A stretch of DNA of 51,842 nt from a virus (lineage: Duplodnaviria; Caudoviricetes), in IMG/VR virus record IMGVR_UViG_3300012953_000044, positions 1 to 51,842 of that record. One strand, 5' to 3'. Under the pieces are notes generated by a model. It did not search any database and was not told where the DNA came from. It saw nothing but the letters and a program-made list of their open reading frames with translations. Position numbers and translations under genes: made by a program. Positions 36,901 through 43,386 of the stretch are shown here, one piece after another. Numbering within the stretch: the stretch's first letter is position 1; each line of letters opens with the position of its first letter.

Positions 36901-39437
36901 CGGCAAAGTTTTATCAAGCTTTAACAGGGAGTAAAAACGAGTTAGACTTTAAAGATCCTGATGTTATAGAAAAAATAAAAGAAAAGTTAAAAGCAGATAA
37001 AGATGAGAAGGGAAGTGAGAAAAAACAAGAGGAAAAGGGAGTCAAAAGAATTATAGCTCACTTTAACAATTTAGGAGAAAAAATAATGAGCACTCTAAGG
37101 AGTGCCACTTTAAATTTAGGAGAGCTTACTTCAACATTAGACAAACTTCCTGGCGATGTAATGGGTGAAGGTTTTATAAAAGACTTTATATATCGTAAAG
37201 TAAACCAGTCTACTCGGGTATATAAAGAAAGTATAATGGCTTTAGACCAGATGATGGCTGAAAAAACGGAAGAGTTTTTAGGTAAAGATTATAAATCTAA
37301 ACTAAAAGATTATAGAAAGTATTTAGATTTCACTCAAATAGAAGGAGGTAAGTTTATGAAAAACCCTAAAGAAGTTAAAGATGCTCAAGATAAATATGAT
37401 CAAGATCCTTCGGACACTAATGCTAAGGCCTTACAGAAAGCAGTTAACCGTAATATTCCTTTCTCCGGTCTTACTGCTATGGATTTAATGTATCTCTATT
37501 TTCAGTATAAACAAACAGATACACATGCAGGATTTCAAACTGCTTTAGGAGCTAACTCTGATGTCATTATGGAAGGATTGAGTAAGTACTTTGAAGATAA
37601 CTATCAAGATTTATTAGAGCTCGGAAACTGGCATGTTAATTCTTTGTTTCCATCTTTATATGAAAAGTATAATAAAGTATATAAAACTATATATAATACT
37701 GATTTACCTCAACGAGAAAATTATGCGGGTAGAACATTCAGGCAATTAGATACTAAAACAAAACTTAAAAAAATACAGGAACTAAATAGTCTTGCTTTAC
37801 TTAATGAGATTGGTACTTCTCAAATGAGCACCAATGTAATTGGTAACTCTACTAAGTTAACAGTCAAAAACAAACAGGCTATTATGCCGATAGATTTTTT
37901 TAGTGCTGTAGATTCTTACTTAAAAGACATGGAACATTTCTCTGCTTACGCAGAAAACATGAATGAAATATCTAAGGTTTATTTTAATGAGATTATTGCA
38001 GATGAAATTATAAATCAGTACGGAAAAGAAATGTACGAAACTATAAGAACTGCTTTAATTAACACAGCAACAAGAGGTTCTATGCAATCTGATGCTATGG
38101 TTGGGAAAGTAAATAGTTTTAATAACTTATTTGTTCTTCAAAAATTAGGGGCTGGATTATCTATATATCTTAAGCAGCTTACTTCATCGGTAGCATATGG
38201 AGATGCTATTGGTTTTAGAAACTGGTTGAAAACTGCTATGACGATGGGGCCAAAAGAATTTATAAAAACGTGGCAAGAAATATCTGAAGACTCAGTGTAT
38301 ATTAAGTATAGATATTGGGAAAATATAAACAAAACTATTGAGGCTTATGGAGAGAAAACTTTAGAAGGATATACTCCTGGAGATAAAGGAGATAAACTCA
38401 TGCGATTATTTATGTCTCCAATTAAAGCGGGTGATAAGCAAGCAATATTTATAGGAGGTATTCCAATGTATGTATTCTTAAAAAAGAAATTTATAAAACA
38501 AGGAATGAGTGAGGAAGCTGCTCAGAAGAAAGCCCTATTAATGTTTGAAGAACAAACTAAAGAAGTTCAGCAGTCATCGGACCGACAAGATAAAGATAAT
38601 ATTCAAAATCAAGGAGGTTATGTTCAGTTCTTTAATATGTTTATGTCTGCTCCTAAAGCATACTTCCGTAAATTATTTGGAGGGTATAGAGAACTACGTA
38701 GAAATATAAAAGACGGATCAGGGAAAGGAACTTCGTGGGATAATGCTCGGACTATTGCTCTTTATCAATTTGGATTACCGATGATATTCCAGTGGGCTAC
38801 ATCTGGTTTTCCGATTACGGACTGGGATGATGAAGACACTGAAGATTTAGGAAGATCTGCAATTCTAAGTGTGTTTAATTCTATTTTTATTGTAGGTCAA
38901 ATTGCGGAAATGGTAGCAGATAGATATCAAAAGAAACCATGGTGGAAAGATACTAATCAATTCCCTGTAATAGATTTAGCTACAGATGTGGCAGATAAAT
39001 TAGGTAGAGCTATTGAGGAAGAAGACTCATCAAAATCTTTACAACTATATAAAGAAGCTCTTTATGCTTTATTGCCGCTCACTGGTGGTGCTGGAGTTCC
39101 AATTAAATATGCTTCTATTCCAATGCCTACCTTAGATAGAATGGCTCAGAACCTCTACAAGATAGGTAGAAGCGGAGGGGATCCTAAAGAAGTATTTTTA
39201 AGGTTGTTTAATTATTCAGATTATATTATTGAAGGAGGTAAAAATAAAACTAAACCTAAAAAACGTAGGAAACTTACTAAAACTGAGATGAGAAAATATT
39301 TCCCAGAGTATATGGAAGCTATGGATGATTTTAATAACTCACCTCAAATGAAAGAGTTTAATCAAAAGAAGAAAGACTATAAGGCTCAAGAGAAAAAAAT
39401 AAGACAGGAGATGTTAGACGACATGTTTAAAAAATAA
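30966..39437 (+). CDS. Giant internal virion / large polyvalent protein with zincin-like metallopeptidase motif (2823 aa)
   Basis: VAHEAFH at 34200-34220 with downstream EEKLAE; Gly/Ala-rich helical region; C-terminal helical region typical of large ejection proteins. Confidence 0.7.
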   Translation: MEKLEELYSLIPEGMYSSLEEFQLDLEQEGLESIFELIPEGMYTDLEEFTNDFVEVKKKDESQPTGEEEVTESDIDIQTEIPGLSDASLPEDPNIPQDPSIEVDQPSQFASESPEGEEEIVTEQVQYDPMERGVDATVTYDVDATPFERSLSYITGDLIEREEEEVVSKMKYHFTDYGFEFEETGIGDKMIVTADNGKVLEVNLDPNFGLRSEEISLELKEFLEKNKVVNPDIDLLMEDYDESRKKYFSTEAMQADIKDIHTQASTLTKRYKQFLSNSNDNQAQIDALMELPQLSDEQVVLYNELIDNKKNLLLTKSNLQKEFKEFKTYESQISAAVGDYVAMKQDIGNEFGTLVKGMYNAFATQAVPKMVASAWGLGVDGFYAIAQAIDEDYGMDEEEKKERYIEVAKDLGYEVPENINEEGVFESWFDQMMNTTFAGEAETIVDIFPGEIKEQLIAENYDPTKVKRTNRSFEIWKEDGGLLGTGGYEDVPVYAKDISRGARLKRLVLDREVKENKQPQKAAIRSALEWAAAEGVSDEKVEEMMQKSWIYEGMFGLAESGPAILLGLLGPGKPKAIKKGAGLLKNTGTRFKNYLQSPGAMAQTMGFSLLQTDHLMEEMANDPDFKNVTETEKKAIIFPLAITTAVLERYGLRNIARNKTITTGLMNQVTRMLPKGATPKLFKETLEKVVSNNVARGIYRVGGAALAEAETGGLQQVAEIGLKNVWNNMYEKDMFNTPEMWSEEFGDQVVRAALAESVGGFVLGLPGGLSAAFSKGEIDGVPDEMVQLFNTIRTDEVTTEAFRSQLDIKVANKEITKEEAAQQLMNFEILSGAAQTIEKGAVLNEDQTKKALGLVFLKQKIENEMEGMDPDLGTYKAKQETVAKIKDKLSKIGTDKEESANLKEETTKTQDDAIQEPSTETVDVQVQAEDGRTMGDGDTETNITREGQQEEQTPVGQETQEEVTIEERSEQIGKLIEQEKEDSQTEPQPIPREQLEVVDEVISINKAQQEVTEENPFKQGVIERVGKAAKALKKVIPNLKIIMHESATDFNKASGRTGRGALVDGVVHINLEKATNSTVAHEAFHIVLLSKLGTDSEAQRVTKRMMESIAKALPKNDPLLKQINEFTQGYEANIQNEEKLAEILGQLSANYKTLSAPQKSVIGKWIDRIMKGLGINVSEFTQSDQDVIDLLNTLASKVTAGVEVEEGDIKVIEEIREETGTEPVGNPTNINKPKSRDQKEINFKKSYDMSLVTPENKIDLLGLVDEIVAKNQKVWFWVADQLGKGEFNGIEMDAGPSYALDPTNLAANIIWASGMKPKAMANNVEKADYIFIISGSPQASKLFNKKVFDAFVNKLGDYAAFKKSALATNPVKAVRDILEKHDSWPSIRRDGNGRKGLLKAIVAQESTPNTEFHKLVKSKDGFINLDELRDGFYRDNNFEQNDVMLVLKPTEVGGKSKHSTYETDILGEVVGVPNIKLDAFEIMPESVKAKYEGKEMGRVLKTQVVAPYGTGVKKIAKPAKKKPAIREQKESKPTVEKLANFYAMDNKGFIKPGNVYDLDALRQFASRVGYKVKRHRGDSGATTMYSLRDANDRQFVPVKGTARTRFQKIMDKFDSPMEIIKLARQAGFEDTEISYFLRNEKKLKVKEIKDLLKVDVDMFESMPAVFGNIPGGMVVGRKLYEATIKKFESLLQKNSKLTKGKQRNISDIIQESIEYMMEQTPYKNATEGVKSKTLPSTLQQQLQIEMQEALGGSAVKDISKTISNLKKIVSEKKRGAREIRDVKRQLQRAIREVMPKGVYTSTEVRKLLRTIQEAEPKWLKGNLKNLVQQIEKMAAEKNVDILNKAIDKILKQKFEAVVSGIKKGVKVDSKTAKIIKAIEDKLYKSAEIKDNIEKEQTEILAKINEINFKTVLTEEDQTNLLILNTALAINNSKLMEDNNPRKADQLAEVYNNLKALILQGRNNYKEAAAERSKRYADNTAKFYQALTGSKNELDFKDPDVIEKIKEKLKADKDEKGSEKKQEEKGVKRIIAHFNNLGEKIMSTLRSATLNLGELTSTLDKLPGDVMGEGFIKDFIYRKVNQSTRVYKESIMALDQMMAEKTEEFLGKDYKSKLKDYRKYLDFTQIEGGKFMKNPKEVKDAQDKYDQDPSDTNAKALQKAVNRNIPFSGLTAMDLMYLYFQYKQTDTHAGFQTALGANSDVIMEGLSKYFEDNYQDLLELGNWHVNSLFPSLYEKYNKVYKTIYNTDLPQRENYAGRTFRQLDTKTKLKKIQELNSLALLNEIGTSQMSTNVIGNSTKLTVKNKQAIMPIDFFSAVDSYLKDMEHFSAYAENMNEISKVYFNEIIADEIINQYGKEMYETIRTALINTATRGSMQSDAMVGKVNSFNNLFVLQKLGAGLSIYLKQLTSSVAYGDAIGFRNWLKTAMTMGPKEFIKTWQEISEDSVYIKYRYWENINKTIEAYGEKTLEGYTPGDKGDKLMRLFMSPIKAGDKQAIFIGGIPMYVFLKKKFIKQGMSEEAAQKKALLMFEEQTKEVQQSSDRQDKDNIQNQGGYVQFFNMFMSAPKAYFRKLFGGYRELRRNIKDGSGKGTSWDNARTIALYQFGLPMIFQWATSGFPITDWDDEDTEDLGRSAILSVFNSIFIVGQIAEMVADRYQKKPWWKDTNQFPVIDLATDVADKLGRAIEEEDSSKSLQLYKEALYALLPLTGGAGVPIKYASIPMPTLDRMAQNLYKIGRSGGDPKEVFLRLFNYSDYIIEGGKNKTKPKKRRKLTKTEMRKYFPEYMEAMDDFNNSPQMKEFNQKKKDYKAQEKKIRQEMLDDMFKK
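31133..31246 (+). other. Candidate programmed -1 frameshift / transcriptional slippage cassette
   Basis: A10 run (31133-31142), stem-loop 31163-31234, -1 frame open 34 codons to TAA 31244-31246. Confidence 0.45.
33700..33855 (+). CDS. Nested +1-frame basic peptide (51 aa), MPFKS-xxQRRWM type small phage protein
   Basis: Own translation MPFKSQAQRRWMYKYKPKMAELWEMETPRRILPERVNKKNKPLLGRRRRRK*; A-rich leader with A at -3; local GC rise in host frame. Confidence 0.65.
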   Translation: MPFKSQAQRRWMYKYKPKMAELWEMETPRRILPERVNKKNKPLLGRRRRRK

Positions 39438-39444
39438 AAAATAT

Positions 39445-39681
39445 ATGAAACATTTTAATGAAGACCTTTGTATGCGACACAGTTATAATCTTTTATTAGG
39501 AAAGAGAACGATTGAGGAGCTGATGAAAGAAACAGCAGAACTCTATCTTATGTTTAATCCTAAGAAAAAACCCGTCCCTATGGAGGATGACATCTATGAT
39601 ACCTTAATAGAATACTTCACTCATACAGAAGAGTATGAAAAATGTGCAGAGCTGGTAGAAGCTAAGAGTCTTGCTTCTTAA
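39445..39681 (+). CDS. Hypothetical protein with UVR-like (UvrB/C coiled-coil) motif
   Basis: C-terminal YFTHTEEYEKCAELV; last gene of + arm. Confidence 0.6.
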   Translation: MKHFNEDLCMRHSYNLLLGKRTIEELMKETAELYLMFNPKKKPVPMEDDIYDTLIEYFTHTEEYEKCAELVEAKSLAS

Positions 39682-39853
39682 TTTCTTTATCTATTTCATC
39701 TAAGAGTTGAGAGGCCGTGTAGATAGGGAGTGTATCATTATAGTTCTGATATATTTGAGTAAAGTTTTGTGCCTCCCTATCCCACGTCCATAAAGTATTT
39801 GCTTTAGTTTTAATGTTGTATTTCAGTACTGACTTAATTGTTTTATATTTCAT
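39662..39853 (-). CDS. Hypothetical protein
   Basis: 63-aa ORF, last gene of tightly packed - arm. Confidence 0.6.
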   Translation of the reverse strand: MKYKTIKSVLKYNIKTKANTLWTWDREAQNFTQIYQNYNDTLPIYTASQLLDEIDKEIKKQDS

Positions 39854-40226
39854 TTTCGAATTGTATATGATCTTCAGCTCGTCTATTTCTATTGTACTGA
39901 TCTACTAAAAAGTTTTTTTTATAATTCTTTCTTTCTGCATCTAACTTATAATACAAGAAAGCTTGGAAGCCATTTAAATGAGAGTCAGTTGGAAAGAAAT
40001 ATTTCCATCCTTTTGATTGTCCTTTAGCAATATAATAACAAAAAGCTACTCCTATTTTTCCACTACTCTTTTTAAAATTAATAACTGCAGTGTGATCAGA
40101 AGTTGGTATAACCTCTTCCACTAAAAATGATTCATTATTTACATTTCCCTCTCTGTTTTTATAAGAAAACCTTTTAGCAATAACTTTACTAAATTCATTT
40201 AATTCTTTAGCTATTTGTTTATTCAT
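39843..40226 (-). CDS. Hypothetical protein
   Basis: 127-aa ORF overlapping neighbours in operon. Confidence 0.7.
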   Translation of the reverse strand: MNKQIAKELNEFSKVIAKRFSYKNREGNVNNESFLVEEVIPTSDHTAVINFKKSSGKIGVAFCYYIAKGQSKGWKYFFPTDSHLNGFQAFLYYKLDAERKNYKKNFLVDQYNRNRRAEDHIQFENEI

Positions 40227-40470
40227 ATTTTCTTATATATATTGGTGTCTTTTCTCCTACATATGCCCCTACCGTATTATAATAGAAGTGTTCCACCGCA
40301 TCCTCTCGACTCATATTATCCTCTTCCATTAAACATTTAATACATAAGTCAGTATCATATACAGCTACTGGGTTAGACCCTTCGGTAATACCGACTAAAG
40401 CTGAGTCATACCCCGCTGCCAGAAGACATTCATTATCTTCTAACTCTTGCATTAATTCTTCATCTATCAT
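40219..40470 (-). CDS. Hypothetical protein
   Basis: 83 aa; GYDSALVG...VAVYD...YNTVGAYVGEKTP pattern I recall from small phage proteins. Confidence 0.7.
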   Translation of the reverse strand: MIDEELMQELEDNECLLAAGYDSALVGITEGSNPVAVYDTDLCIKCLMEEDNMSREDAVEHFYYNTVGAYVGEKTPIYIRKYE

Positions 40471-40808
40471 TTTCTTCTGTTATAAGTTGCTACTCTGTGG
40501 CAATTAGAACATCTAACCTCACACTTTGCTATTTCTTTTTGTATTGTCTCTAAACAGTATGCTCCTCGTGCCATATCTGAAATGCATAATATTTTTTCTC
40601 CCCGTACATGGTCAAAATCTAACACAACAGGATTTGTTTCTCCGCAATCTACACATCCTGTTAATTCTTTAACCGCATTTACATACTCTTTGTTTTTTTG
40701 TTTCTGACTTTTATTTCTTTTTTTAGTTCGCTTCTTTACCGTTGTTTTATTCGCCTCATAATGACGTTTACTTGCAGCTGCTTGATCTTTCTTATTTTTA
40801 TAAGCCAC
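40467..40808 (-). CDS. HNH endonuclease-like protein
   Basis: CVDCG...LDFDH...KCEVRCSNCHR zinc-binding HNH pattern with basic N-terminal helix. Confidence 0.8.
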   Translation of the reverse strand: MAYKNKKDQAAASKRHYEANKTTVKKRTKKRNKSQKQKNKEYVNAVKELTGCVDCGETNPVVLDFDHVRGEKILCISDMARGAYCLETIQKEIAKCEVRCSNCHRVATYNRRK

Positions 40809-40825
40809 GTTTTTATTTACATGCT

Positions 40826-41017
40826 TTACACTTCATCAGACATAGATTGAATCATATCTGCTAATACCTTAATAAGATCTTGAGCTTTTTCTTTGGCAGA
40901 GTCATAATCCCTATCCATCATGTCTTCATATATTTGGTCTCCGAAGTCATGAATACTATCACAGGTATGTTGAATGTGAGTTATAGTTTGGGTGTCTTCG
41001 GCTGCTACTCTTGACAT
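40826..41017 (-). CDS. Hypothetical protein
   Basis: 63-aa acidic helical ORF in operon context. Confidence 0.6.
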   Translation of the reverse strand: MSRVAAEDTQTITHIQHTCDSIHDFGDQIYEDMMDRDYDSAKEKAQDLIKVLADMIQSMSDEV

Positions 41018-41026
41018 TATTGTGGC

Positions 41027-41455
41027 TTATTGACCATTTTTTATAAGACTTTTTAATTGTTCCAACTGTTCTTGAACATTATTTAATGTCAAATTTAACA
41101 TTTTATTTTGTTCACGCAAATATTTGAGTTCTTTTTTTATGAACACAGGTTTTGGTTCATCATAATCTCCAGCTACGCCACTCCATAATGCTTCTATCTT
41201 ATCTGAATTTCTTCTCATTTGAGCATCTGACATTAACATATATTTAAAATTTTTTAAAGTTGTTAACACTGTTGCGTGATGTTTATTAAAGTGTCTTCCT
41301 ATTTCAGTGACTGTCATATATTCCTTACATCTAAGAATATTATAACAAATAGCCCGGGCATTCACCATTTCTCTCTTACTGCTTTTTAAGGTAAAATCAA
41401 CTTTGCAAACGTCTTCTGTTATTTGTTTTAGGTTTTTGACTTTGTGGTAATGCAT
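41027..41455 (-). CDS. DnaA C-terminal-like helix-turn-helix protein
   Basis: REMVNARAICYNIL...IGRHFNKHHATVL resembles DnaA domain IV (RQxAMYL...IGxxFxRDHTTV); C-terminal coiled coil. Confidence 0.7.
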   Translation of the reverse strand: MHYHKVKNLKQITEDVCKVDFTLKSSKREMVNARAICYNILRCKEYMTVTEIGRHFNKHHATVLTTLKNFKYMLMSDAQMRRNSDKIEALWSGVAGDYDEPKPVFIKKELKYLREQNKMLNLTLNNVQEQLEQLKSLIKNGQ

Positions 41456-41768
41456 TTAATTTTTTATTTAAGTTGAATAAGTCTAAGTAATTATCCATAG
41501 TGATAAGTTGAAGGTCTGATAATAGAAGATGAGGAGACTTGTCTCTTATCATTTCCACTGCAAATGTAACAGGAGTATTCGTATCATCGATTATTAATCC
41601 AGGAATAACTGTAGATACTAAGCTATTATCTGGTACTCGATCAACATTTTTTTCAATAAACTTAGCAATCTTAATTCCTGTTCTTATATCTAAATGTTGG
41701 AGCTGCTCAACGAAGTATTCATCTACATCATACCCGGCTTCCCTTATATATCTCTGTTTTACATCCAT
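41397..41768 (-). CDS. Hypothetical protein
   Basis: 123-aa ORF overlapping both neighbours. Confidence 0.6.
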   Translation of the reverse strand: MDVKQRYIREAGYDVDEYFVEQLQHLDIRTGIKIAKFIEKNVDRVPDNSLVSTVIPGLIIDDTNTPVTFAVEMIRDKSPHLLLSDLQLITMDNYLDLFNLNKKLNALPQSQKPKTNNRRRLQS

Positions 41769-41976
41769 GTTTTTCTAATTCTTTTAATCTATATTCTTGT
41801 AGTTTTGATAATTTCCCTTTAGGTTTTTTTATTTCCGAAAACAATACTTCACATCCTGGAGGTATAGCAAGGAGGTCGGGGATACCATTCTTATTAGTCT
41901 TGATTAGCTTAAGAACATAGTATCCTTCCGACTCCAATTGCTTAATCCTTTGGCTTTGTATTTGTTGTTCGGTCAT
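41728..41976 (-). CDS. VRR-NUC domain nuclease
   Basis: TEQQIQ...GIPDLL...FSEIKKPKGKLSKLQEYR PD-(D/E)xK motif. Confidence 0.85.
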   Translation of the reverse strand: MTEQQIQSQRIKQLESEGYYVLKLIKTNKNGIPDLLAIPPGCEVLFSEIKKPKGKLSKLQEYRLKELEKHGCKTEIYKGSRV

Positions 41977-42151
41977 ATTTATAATCTAAAAAAAATCCGA
42001 TGGCTACTATTATATTCATTCCTAAAGAAGATACTACTTCAATAGCATCGTGGAAATCATGTATTGATAAATGAATATGTCCCACTACCCAAAAAGGTAT
42101 TGCTAAATTCTGACTGATCCAAATCAGAGTGAATATAAAGAACCTCTTCAT
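41942..42151 (-). CDS. Small membrane protein
   Basis: Two hydrophobic segments flanking a His-rich loop. Confidence 0.55.
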   Translation of the reverse strand: MKRFFIFTLIWISQNLAIPFWVVGHIHLSIHDFHDAIEVVSSLGMNIIVAIGFFLDYKYDRTTNTKPKD

Positions 42152-42153
42152 CG

Positions 42154-43386
42154 CTACAAATTTACAAAATCTCTCTTGAAGTGTGTAAGGGTGTAATCCT
42201 TCTTTTTTACAACTGCTTTGTATATATCTTTTTCAATTCCATCTCTACTGAATATCCAATATATATTATTTTTTAATCTATCTTTAGTAGTCATCCTGTC
42301 TCGGCTTTGCCAATAGGAAGTTGCGCTAAAATCAATATTATAATATACTAAGCAGTCAGCTTCACGTAAAGATATTCCTTCTCTTCCACTTACGATTTGT
42401 AAAGCTATATCTTTCTTTGTTTTATTAAATTCATCTAAAGTAGTACATAAGCTGTCACCAAAGACTTCTTTAAGGGCGTTGAGCTCTTCTTTAAACTTAT
42501 AAAATATACCTATCTTTTTTGTTTTAAATTCTTTTTTTATAAACTCAGCCTTACTTGTATCTATTATCATAGAGTTTCCACTTTCAAACTTTATAGTACC
42601 ACTACATAGCTGATGTACTTTAGTCATTAGCTTAACTGCTGTGTCTGCTAAAATAACCTCGCTTTCTCCTTCTACTACTAAATCTTTTTTTAATTTACTA
42701 ATTAATGTAAGGGTAGATGGTTTGATGTCTACCTCTAAAATCGTTTCTTTAGTTTCTACCTTAAAGCCAGCATCCTTCTGACTGAAATTAATAGTATAAG
42801 GAGACATGTGTTCAATAATCCTTTTATGTCCTTTTGAATAGTCATTGATATACATTCCTCCTATTTTCTTTTTCACTACACTAATATAATCTTTAGCAAA
42901 CTGATAAAAGTTTTTGTATTTAGCAAAAGGATTGCGAGGAATAAAATGAACTTGATGGTACATCTGACAATATGATTCAGGTGTAGGAGTTCCGCTTAAT
43001 AAAATAATATAAGGATTACATCTAAAAACTAACCGTGCTACCCTTTTCGATCTTCCACTTGGTTTAGGAAACGCTCCCATTCCATGAGCCTCATCACATA
43101 TTACTACATCCCATCCTGTTTGTTTTACCTTGTGTAATGATTCGTAGTTAATCACAGTTAATTTAAACTGCGGTAATAGTAATTCATAGTCATTCTCAAT
43201 GCTTGATATAGCTTTCTTTTTAGTAATAAACAAAACTGTTTTAACGTCGAGCTTTTCACAAATCCCTAAACTGGTTAAGGTTTTCCCTGTTCTTACTTCC
43301 ATTGCTAAATATAAAAACCTATGTGGTTTTAATATTCCTACTCCTCTTGCTATAATATCTTTTTGGTAATCTCTAAAATCTATCAT
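42154..43386 (-). CDS. Superfamily 2 (SNF2/DEAH-like) helicase
   Basis: Q motif RDYQ, Walker A RTGKT, DEAH, SGTP, EGISL and QSRDR motifs. Confidence 0.9.
   Translation of the reverse strand: MIDFRDYQKDIIARGVGILKPHRFLYLAMEVRTGKTLTSLGICEKLDVKTVLFITKKKAISSIENDYELLLPQFKLTVINYESLHKVKQTGWDVVICDEAHGMGAFPKPSGRSKRVARLVFRCNPYIILLSGTPTPESYCQMYHQVHFIPRNPFAKYKNFYQFAKDYISVVKKKIGGMYINDYSKGHKRIIEHMSPYTINFSQKDAGFKVETKETILEVDIKPSTLTLISKLKKDLVVEGESEVILADTAVKLMTKVHQLCSGTIKFESGNSMIIDTSKAEFIKKEFKTKKIGIFYKFKEELNALKEVFGDSLCTTLDEFNKTKKDIALQIVSGREGISLREADCLVYYNIDFSATSYWQSRDRMTTKDRLKNNIYWIFSRDGIEKDIYKAVVKKKDYTLTHFKRDFVNL

Noticed and set aside
9142-38332. Other antisense or out-of-frame track ORFs inside structural genes (e.g. 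9255, 10402, 14277, 14306, 16555, 22572, 28051, 30245, 33669, 33926)
   Set aside because: Fully overlap well-supported genes, with no motifs or leaders; those at 14277/14306 and 33669 probably reflect the local GC rise from the nested +1 genes
30966-39437. Virion RNA polymerase as in crAss-like or N4-like phages
   Set aside because: No DxDxD catalytic motif in a polymerase-like context or other RNAP signature seen; host-type promoters are present
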